This document shows positions 40,499 through 48,800 of a stretch of DNA of 58,854 nucleotides, in pieces. Every line of letters starts with the position of its first letter. Within the stretch, counting starts at the first letter, position 1. The notes beneath the pieces were generated by a model that was not told the origin of the DNA, did not search any database, and was given only the letters and a program-made list of their open reading frames with translations. The translations under genes were made by a program, and so were the position numbers. Origin of the DNA: Anaeroplasmataceae bacterium (lineage in GTDB: Bacteria; Bacillota_I; Bacilli_A; Acholeplasmatales; Anaeroplasmataceae); contig JAIDKZ010000039.1 in assembly GCA_029051735.1 (NCBI GenBank), positions 1 through 58,854 of the forward strand, read 5' to 3'.

Positions 40499-40569
40499 TA
40501 AAAATGTATCGTAAAGCGTTTTCATTAAAGTGGTTTGATGTGAATACTTTATATAGAAAGGGTGAAAAT

Positions 40570-43500
40570 ATGAAAAAGAAAAAATTTTTTCTAGGGGTAG
40601 CACTTGCCGCAACAGCATTAGGGTTAGCAGCTTGTAGTGGTAAAAAGGACCCAACGCCAAATCCAGGGGATGATAATCCACCAGTAGTACAAGAATTTGT
40701 TGTACAATTCAATACAGGAACAGGCGGATCCAGTGTTGCTTCTCAAACAGTAAAAGCAGGGGAGAAAGTAAAGAAACCTGCACAAGATCCAACTAGAGAA
40801 AACTATGTGTTTGATGGTTGGTATAAAGATTCTGGATATGTGACAGAATATGATTTTAATTCTGAAGTGAACAAAAGTTTTACTATTTATGCTAAATGGA
40901 AACCAGTTCAGCAAGAAGTTAATAAATATAGTGTAACATATAATAAAAACAATCATGGAGCAGATACAGCTTCATTAACAGATGTTACAGCATTACCAGC
41001 AGAGTTACCAGTATTAAGTGAAGAAGGCTGGATTTTTGGTGGCTGGTATTATGACACTAATTTTGACAATAAAGCAAATGGTGGAGATGAAATTTCAGCA
41101 AACACTATTTTGTATGCGAAGTGGACAAAAGATGGATCAGATACTCCAGAACCAGTTACAAAATATAGTGTAACATTTGATAAGAAAGGTCATGGAGCAG
41201 ATACAGCTTCATTAACAGATGTTACAGCATTACCAGCAGAGTTACCAGTATTAAGTGAAGAAGGCTGGATTTTTGGTGGCTGGTATTATGATTCAAGCTT
41301 TGACAATAAAGCAAATGGTGGAGATGCCATTACTAAGAATACCACTTTATATGCGAAGTGGAGTGAAGAAGTTGAGGGACCAATTGAGCTTACTCAAATT
41401 CAAATTAGTCCTGAGTCCGTTTCTATAGTTCAAGGTCAAACCAGTCAGTTATCTGTTTTATATACACCTCATAATGCACAAGACTCTGATAAAGTAATTA
41501 CTTGGTCAAGTTCAAATGAGAATGTAGCTACTGTTGATCAATCAGGACTTGTTTCTGCAGTAGCAGTAGGAAATGCAACTATCACTGCAACTTCTGCAAA
41601 TGGAAAAGTTTCTACTTGTTCAGTTACAGTTACAGAGCAAAGTGTTCCTCTTAGAGATTTTACAATTCAAGTAGGTGATGGTAACACAGATCGTGTTACA
41701 TTAACTCCTACACATAGCACAGAGACTTTAGTTGCAAAATTGAATCCATCTAATGCTACAGGAGTAAAAATTGTTTGGACTTCTTCTGATCCTGCAATTG
41801 CAAAGGTTACTCCAAATGATGAAAATGGGTTAGAAGCAACTGTAGAAATGTTGTTACAAGGCACAGAACAAATTACAATCACTGCAACTGTTGTTGGTGA
41901 TGAGACTAAAACAGCTTCTGTATTCTGTACAGCAGATACTTATTATGGAACAATTATTAAGGAAGAAAAAGCTCCATTAATTTTAAATGAAACATTTGTA
42001 AACTATGATGCAAACGCTAAATTGCCTGAATGGAGTGGCGCTTGGGGAACTAAGGGTGTTTATGGTGCTGCTGGAGATGGAGCAACATATGATACACACT
42101 ACGTTAGTATTTTACATAATGATCAAAACGGAAATAACAGAGCTACACTTGTAGATCCAGATGGTTCAAGTGTTTCTGGTGGTTCTGCAAGATTAGTGGT
42201 AGATTATGGCAAAGTTGATGGAACAATTATTGGTTATGCAAATGTAAGATTCTCTAATCCAGGTACTTCATGGGCATTTATGCAATTCAATGGTGTAAGT
42301 GCTAATAAATCTGGAGAGGTTTTAGGATTAAGATTAGCTGAAAAAGTTAAGAATGATAAAAAATATTTAGTTCATTATCGTTTAGATGGTGGCACTGATA
42401 CATTACCACAAGATGCTTCAGGTCAAGATATTGCATTACAAGTAGTTGATGGTGGTACACTTCGTATTTACTATGAGTTCACTTGGGATGAAACAAAAGA
42501 GGTTTATTTAGCATCTATCATTATCAACGGAACACAATATTTAAAAGATGTTGAAACATCAATTAAAGAATTTAGAGGTATTCAATTTGTATCAAGTAAT
42601 AAGGCTAATAAGAGTGTATCTGTGGATAATATTGCAGTAGCAAATAATCCAGTTGGTCTTGATAAAACACAAGAAAAACTTACAGCTTCAATAACTGATT
42701 TATATAATCAATTAACTGCAGTTGAAGAAACTTATACAGAAGAGAATAAAGCTCTATTAGATGAAATGTTTGCAAAAGCTAAAGCAGACATTGCTGCAGT
42801 AGCAGTTACAGACACTGTAACACTTTTAGAAGCTAAAGCACAGGCAAATGAAATTTATTCATTAGCTGTTCAAGCTATGAATGCTGTTGAAACAAAAGCA
42901 GATACAGCTTTAAATGATGCAAAGGCAGCTGCAACTGATGAATTGAATGGTTATGTTAATTCTTCTGATTATACAATTAATAAAGTAGAATATGATGCTG
43001 CAATAGAGGCAGGTTTAACTGCAATTGCAAATGCAAAAACAGAAGATGCAGTTGCATTAGCATTAGTTAATGCAAAGGCAGTAATTGATGAAATACAAAA
43101 TGATGCAACAGCATTAGATGCGATAAAGACTGCTGCAATAGAAGAATTAAGTTCTTTTGAAGGTGGATCAGATAACTTTACAATTACCACAACTTTACAA
43201 TTGAAACAATCTGATGGCACAACACATTCTACTCAGTATTCTAATGTATCTACTTATCAAAATGCTTATCAAGAAGGTGTTCGTTTAATTACAACTGCTT
43301 CAGAAAAGCCAGCAAATCAAACTGCATCTTATTTAGAGGCTGTTGCTGAAATAGAAGCACAGTTGGCTAGTGCTAAAGAACAAATCACAAGATGTAGCAA
43401 TAATGATGAAATGTTGGCAGAAATCAAATCTGTAGCTCAAAATCACATTAATCGTTATAGAGCTGATGAAAGAACAGCAGATAAGATTGCAGATTGTGAA

Positions 43501-45789
43501 GTTGAGCCTGGTCAACCAGGATATTATGATAAGGATGTCATTTTACAAGAATTAGCAAACGAAATCAAATTAGGTTATGATAATATTGAATCCTTTGTGG
43601 TTTATGACAGAATTCAAGCAGAAGTAACTAAAATAGAGGATGTTATTGATACATTTATTAAGTCTTTTTCTGATGTACCTTTTGATGATTTAAAATCTGA
43701 TTTGTTAAATGAATTACAAACTTATTATAATGATAAGATTGATGGTCAAACAAATGCAGAGATGTTAGCAGAGGTTGAAGAAGCTTATAATGCTGGAGTA
43801 TCTGCAATGAATGCTATAACTTCTGGTAAAGCAGTTCTAAGTAATGCATATTCTAAAGCTAAAGATAGTATTGATGTGCATTTTGACAAATATGTAAGAT
43901 TTGCTGAATTAGAGTTAGAAGCAGAAACTCAAAAAGCTTTAATTCAAAATGATACAGTAAAAGCCGAAATTGATTCAATCTGTACTGAAGCAAAAGCTCA
44001 ATTAACTGTAAAAGTTGAAGAAGATAATTGCCAAATGAATGATCTTGCTGCAATTACAAATCAAGCTAAAGCAGATATGGCAGAAAAAGTTGCAACGCTT
44101 AAGGCAACAAAATATACAATTACTTTAAAAGATACCAATGGTAATGTATTAAAAGATAACCTAATGGTATTATATGGTGAAGATTTCTCTTTAGCAGATT
44201 TACATGTAACAGCAAAGACAATTGTTCGTGCAACTTATATGGTAGAAAATGTGGAAACTGAAATTGATGATTCAACTGAAATTACTGTTTATGATAATAT
44301 GGAAATTACAGTTACTACACAGGATATTGATGCTTTCGAAGGTAAGATTAATTGGACTTCTCCACTTGAAGTTACTGAACAATTAGGTGATCCTTTTGAT
44401 GGTATAAACAATTCATTATTCTCATTGAGTATTCCTAATGCTTTATATGTGAATGGTACTACTCATATGGATACTAGTGGTAAAACATTAGCTAATGGTA
44501 AAATAACAATAAATAATAAAGAATTTACTTCAGCTATACGTATGCAGGCACTTGCTTCTGAAAATACTGATATGATTAAATTTGTTGTAAAAGACAATCT
44601 TTCTTCATTATCTTTAGATGTTAAAAAATCAGAGAATAATGGTGCAGGAAATAGAACAGGTCATTTATATTATAATATTAGCAATATTGTAGATGATGCG
44701 AAACTTCCAGTTGATGTAGAGTGGACTGAAATTTCAAGTGATAAAACAGTGGATGTATTAGCTATGTTTACAAATGTAGCAGCAGGAAGTGTAGTTCGTA
44801 TTTATTTTGCAAATACTTCAACAAAGAGTGATGGAACTCCACAAGGAGCAAACTTATTCATTGGTGGTATTGATGCAGTAGTTGCAGAAGATAGAGTTAA
44901 TCAAGATGTTACTATTCATTGGAATGATTTAGATATAACAGAGAATTATCGTTATTTTGAAATTGTAAATGTTCCAGCTGACGTTCCAGCAGTAGGTGGT
45001 AAGTTTGTTAATTGGTACTATATGAATGGTTCTGAAAAAGTAGTTTATACTGGTGGAGAAACATTTGCTTCAGGATCTACAATTGAGATGATGCCAGAAT
45101 ATCAAACATCTAATGTAACAATTACATTGATGAATGGTGATGTGGTATTTAAAGAAATTAAAGATTATATTGAACCAGGTTCTACAGGTATTGAGGCTCC
45201 AATTCAAACTCCTGAGGCTCCAGATGAGAACCATAAATTTGAATATTGGTATGAAACTGATGAGGCAGTACCATTTGATTGGTCAAGTGTTGCAGCAGGA
45301 GATAACAAAACGCTTTATGCACATTTTGGCGAAATTGAAGCTGTTGCAGACCAAATTTTAGCCACTTCATATCCAAATATTTCTAAAGCAACATTAAATC
45401 TTACAAGTGAAGAAAACTATTTCACACTAGTGAGTGGTGGAGGATCATTCACTTATAATGCAGCAGGTGCATTAGAAGCAGGTGGAAGTAGCAGAACTGT
45501 TACTATAACTGCAAACGATAATGTTAAATCTATGACAGTAATTGTTGAACTTTCAATTGGTGATTCATCTGGTTTAACTTCTAAAAATGGTAATATAACA
45601 GTAACAGGAACTGGACAGATTAAGATTGGTACTGATTTTGTAGCAATTTCTAGTCAAGCTGTAGCAGTTGCAAAAAATAAGGTTTCCATAGAGATAACAT
45701 TAACTGCAGGTCAAACTGTTACATTTACACCAAGCACTTCAAGATTGAATTTCTATAGTGCAGTTGCTTCAGTTATGCCAAAGGCTTAA
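40570..45789 (+). CDS. Giant surface lipoprotein 1 (1739 aa): Flg_new repeats, two Big_2 domains, LamG-like domain, helical stalk, CBM-like modules; no catalytic domain recognised
   Basis: MKKKKFFLGVALAATALGLAAC is a signal peptide with lipobox LAAC. AAGGGTGA RBS. Flg_new modules (GWYKD...IYAKW) x3 N-terminal and x2 C-terminal. Big_2 signature ITWSSSNENVATVDQSGLVSAVAVGNATITATS and VWTSSDPAIAKV. Confidence 0.9.
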   Translation: MKKKKFFLGVALAATALGLAACSGKKDPTPNPGDDNPPVVQEFVVQFNTGTGGSSVASQTVKAGEKVKKPAQDPTRENYVFDGWYKDSGYVTEYDFNSEVNKSFTIYAKWKPVQQEVNKYSVTYNKNNHGADTASLTDVTALPAELPVLSEEGWIFGGWYYDTNFDNKANGGDEISANTILYAKWTKDGSDTPEPVTKYSVTFDKKGHGADTASLTDVTALPAELPVLSEEGWIFGGWYYDSSFDNKANGGDAITKNTTLYAKWSEEVEGPIELTQIQISPESVSIVQGQTSQLSVLYTPHNAQDSDKVITWSSSNENVATVDQSGLVSAVAVGNATITATSANGKVSTCSVTVTEQSVPLRDFTIQVGDGNTDRVTLTPTHSTETLVAKLNPSNATGVKIVWTSSDPAIAKVTPNDENGLEATVEMLLQGTEQITITATVVGDETKTASVFCTADTYYGTIIKEEKAPLILNETFVNYDANAKLPEWSGAWGTKGVYGAAGDGATYDTHYVSILHNDQNGNNRATLVDPDGSSVSGGSARLVVDYGKVDGTIIGYANVRFSNPGTSWAFMQFNGVSANKSGEVLGLRLAEKVKNDKKYLVHYRLDGGTDTLPQDASGQDIALQVVDGGTLRIYYEFTWDETKEVYLASIIINGTQYLKDVETSIKEFRGIQFVSSNKANKSVSVDNIAVANNPVGLDKTQEKLTASITDLYNQLTAVEETYTEENKALLDEMFAKAKADIAAVAVTDTVTLLEAKAQANEIYSLAVQAMNAVETKADTALNDAKAAATDELNGYVNSSDYTINKVEYDAAIEAGLTAIANAKTEDAVALALVNAKAVIDEIQNDATALDAIKTAAIEELSSFEGGSDNFTITTTLQLKQSDGTTHSTQYSNVSTYQNAYQEGVRLITTASEKPANQTASYLEAVAEIEAQLASAKEQITRCSNNDEMLAEIKSVAQNHINRYRADERTADKIADCEVEPGQPGYYDKDVILQELANEIKLGYDNIESFVVYDRIQAEVTKIEDVIDTFIKSFSDVPFDDLKSDLLNELQTYYNDKIDGQTNAEMLAEVEEAYNAGVSAMNAITSGKAVLSNAYSKAKDSIDVHFDKYVRFAELELEAETQKALIQNDTVKAEIDSICTEAKAQLTVKVEEDNCQMNDLAAITNQAKADMAEKVATLKATKYTITLKDTNGNVLKDNLMVLYGEDFSLADLHVTAKTIVRATYMVENVETEIDDSTEITVYDNMEITVTTQDIDAFEGKINWTSPLEVTEQLGDPFDGINNSLFSLSIPNALYVNGTTHMDTSGKTLANGKITINNKEFTSAIRMQALASENTDMIKFVVKDNLSSLSLDVKKSENNGAGNRTGHLYYNISNIVDDAKLPVDVEWTEISSDKTVDVLAMFTNVAAGSVVRIYFANTSTKSDGTPQGANLFIGGIDAVVAEDRVNQDVTIHWNDLDITENYRYFEIVNVPADVPAVGGKFVNWYYMNGSEKVVYTGGETFASGSTIEMMPEYQTSNVTITLMNGDVVFKEIKDYIEPGSTGIEAPIQTPEAPDENHKFEYWYETDEAVPFDWSSVAAGDNKTLYAHFGEIEAVADQILATSYPNISKATLNLTSEENYFTLVSGGGSFTYNAAGALEAGGSSRTVTITANDNVKSMTVIVELSIGDSSGLTSKNGNITVTGTGQIKIGTDFVAISSQAVAVAKNKVSIEITLTAGQTVTFTPSTSRLNFYSAVASVMPKA
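40924..41362 (+). repeat. In-frame tandem duplication (period 237 nt = 79 aa) inside lipoprotein 1
   Basis: Unit 1 is 40924-41125 and unit 2 is 41161-41362. A 101-nt stretch is identical in both (40954-41054 = 41191-41291, catggagcagatacagcttc...ggctggtattatga). Confidence 0.95.
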
Positions 45790-45811
45790 AATTAAATAAA
45801 ATTATTAGTAA

Positions 45812-45850
45812 TTTAAAGGAATGACCAATTGATCATGGCATTCCTTTAAA
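45812..45850 (+). repeat. Perfect 12-bp inverted repeat (hairpin) between lipoprotein genes 1 and 2, lacking a U-tract
   Basis: tttaaaggaatg (45812-45823) / cattcctttaaa (45839-45850), 15-nt loop. The downstream sequence is tgctattcttt, not a T-run. Confidence 0.8.
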
Positions 45851-45883
45851 TGCTATTCTTTAAGAAAGAGAAAGGAATAAAAG

Positions 45884-48800
45884 ATGAAGAGAAAGAAGTA
45901 TTTCCTGGGAGTATTATTGTTGGTTTTATCTCTTTGTCTTTTTGCCGCATGTAGTGCAAAAGACAAGGATAAAGATAAAAATCCAGATACACCAGTTGTA
46001 TATGAGTATGTAGTATCTTTTGATACTTTAGGCGGAAATACGATTGCTAGTAAAAGTGTCAAAGAAGGAAATAAAGTGGAAAAACCTACTGATCCAGTAA
46101 GAAGCGGCTATACATTTACGGGTTGGTATAAAAATAAAAGTTGTACAGAGGAATTTGATTTTGAAACAGAAATACGTTCTAATACAATTTTGTATGCTGG
46201 ATGGATTGCTGCAAGTCACACTGTAAGTTTTGAAAGTAATGGTGGAAGCAGCGTTGCTCCAGTTACTGTTGAACATGGTAAACATTGTCCACGACCAGAA
46301 AATCCAACAAGAAGTGGTTATAATTTTGTTGGATGGTTTAAAGATAGTGAATGTACAATCCCATGTGATTTTATTAATGGTATTATTATTTCAGATTTAA
46401 CTTGTTATGCGAAATGGACAGCTAAATCTGTAGATCCTAATCATTTAACTGTAGAATTTAATTCTAAAGGTGGATCAATTGTTGCTGATATTACAGATAT
46501 TGTTTCTGGAAGCAAAATTCAAAAGCCTGCTGATCCAGTGAGAAAGGGTTATACATTTGTTGGTTGGTTTAAGAATGAGGATGGCACATTAGATGATCCA
46601 TTTGATTTTGAAAATGAACCAATTGTGGAAAGTATGACTTTATTAGCAGTATGGAGTCCAAATAGTGTTACCATCACTTTAAAAGATTCATTGTCTAAAG
46701 CTACCATTGGGACAATTTCTACTAAATATGAGCAATTATTAGAAAGACCAGAAGATCCTAAAAAGAGTGGATATAAATTTGTTGGTTGGTCTACAAAGGA
46801 AGATGAATATGATCCATTTGATTTTGATTCAAGTGTTGTAACAGATTTGACTATCCTTTATGCATTCTTTACTGTGGATTCATCTGCTCCTATCGTTAAT
46901 TGTACAGTACAATTTAAAAATGGTGAAGAGGTGTATGATACAAAAACAGTACAACAGGGATTTAGAGTTGAACAACCTACAACTCCTACAAATGGTGATT
47001 TGAAATTTACAGGTTGGTATACAGACCCTGATTGTAAGTTATCTTCAAAATTTGATTTTAATAGAGTTATATCAGATGATTTAATTTTATATGCTGGTTG
47101 GGTTAATGAATCTGTTGGTCCAGTCAATGAATATATTGTAAAATTTGATACAGATGGTGGTACTACGATTGTAGCTCAAAAAATTACAGTAGGTGGAAAA
47201 GTTACTAAACCAGAAAATCCAATAAAATATGGTTATGATTTTGTTGGTTGGTTTGAACATGAAAGTAGTATAGAATATGATTTTAATTTAGTTGTGAATC
47301 ATTCTTTTACATTGTATGCGAAGTGGGAAAAGAATAATCAGCAAGATGATGTTATTACAACATTTAATTTTGCTGGATTTAATACATTAGCTTCAAGTAA
47401 TTTAGATTCTAGCACTGGAAAAACAAATAAAGATTTAACAATTGATCAGTTTAAAGTTTTAATGGGCGTAAAAGCAACAGCAACAACTTTAAATACACAA
47501 GGAAAAAATATTGAATTTACATTAACTGGTAAGATTACAAATAGTATTAAGGTTGTTGGTTCTGGTGGTTCAACAAATAATACTACTACAGTAACCTTAA
47601 TGAAATGGAATGGAACAGAGTATGTTCACTATGCTGATTTAGGATCAACTGGCAATAAGGTTTCTAAGATATTTGAGGCTGTTGATTTAGAGGCTGGTAA
47701 TTATCGCTTGGATACAGATAAATCATTAGTTATAACAGTTTTCACTTTGACTGAAATAAATAAAGAAGCTGCAATAAATACTTATACAATTACTTTTAAT
47801 AGTTTAAAAGGTTCTGATATTGACTCTCAGATTATTGCTGAAGGAAAATTCGTGCAGAAACCTATTGATCCTGTTCGTGAAGGTTATGATTTTAAAGGTT
47901 GGTATACAGATCCTGGTTGTAATACAAAATTTGATTTTTCAACTCCTGTTACAAAGGATTTAGAATTATATGCTTTATGGGAAGAGGCTGCAATTCCTGA
48001 TGATGTTACAAAATATACAGTTCATTTTATAACTGGCTTTGAAACAACTTTACCAGATAAGGTTGTTGCAGAAGGAAGAGGATTTATTGCTCCTGAAATT
48101 ACAAGATTTGGATATACTTTAGAAGGTTGGTATACAGATACAAACTTTAATCATGTTTATAATTTTTCAACCCCAGTTTATGGTGATTTAACTTTATATG
48201 CACATTGGGCAATTGCTGAATATAAAGTTACTTTAATTGGTACAAGTGATTCTATTATGGTCACTCATGGTCAAAAAGTTCCTACTTTAGCAAATCCATC
48301 TAAAATTGGATATACATTTGGTGGTTGGTATACAGATAATTCTTATAGTGAATTATTTGATTTTAATACAATTGTAACTTCTCCAATCTCTATTTTTGCT
48401 AAATGGGTTAAAAATGATTCTAATAATGATGAATTAGATACAGGAGAACTTGAAGGTGGAGAAGGTCAAATTGGTCAGGTTGGTGCTGTGCAAATTGTTG
48501 ATGTGGTTGGACAAATTGAGGCAGCATATATTACCTTTAAAAAGGTTTCAAGTGTATTAAATATAAGTGATTATACAGTGACTATACGTAATACAGATAG
48601 TGCTACAGCACAGGTATTAGATGAGAAGAATTTATATTTTAGAGAATACAATGGCTTATTACGTGCTGATATTATGGGATTACCAGCAGGTACTTATGAG
48701 GCGGTTCTTACTCCTAAGGATAATACATCTGCAGCACCATCAAGCTGTGTGTTCAAGGTTGGTGCATATGACCGTTCTGGTTATGCTCACTTTAATTATA

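Noticed and set aside
40489-40569. Upstream extension of lipoprotein 1 (MVYLKMYRKAFSLKWFDVNTLYRKGEN).
   Set aside because: The extension begins inside the -10 element of the best promoter in the region (40470-40498). The downstream ATG at 40570 has an RBS and starts a textbook lipoprotein signal peptide.
40455-40712. Minus-strand ORFs overlapping the 5' ends of each giant lipoprotein gene (40455-40712, 45853-46062, 51616-51861), a recurring pattern.
   Set aside because: Each is simply the reverse complement of a signal-peptide/linker region. There is no RBS and no similarity among the three, and they are fully embedded in strongly supported genes.
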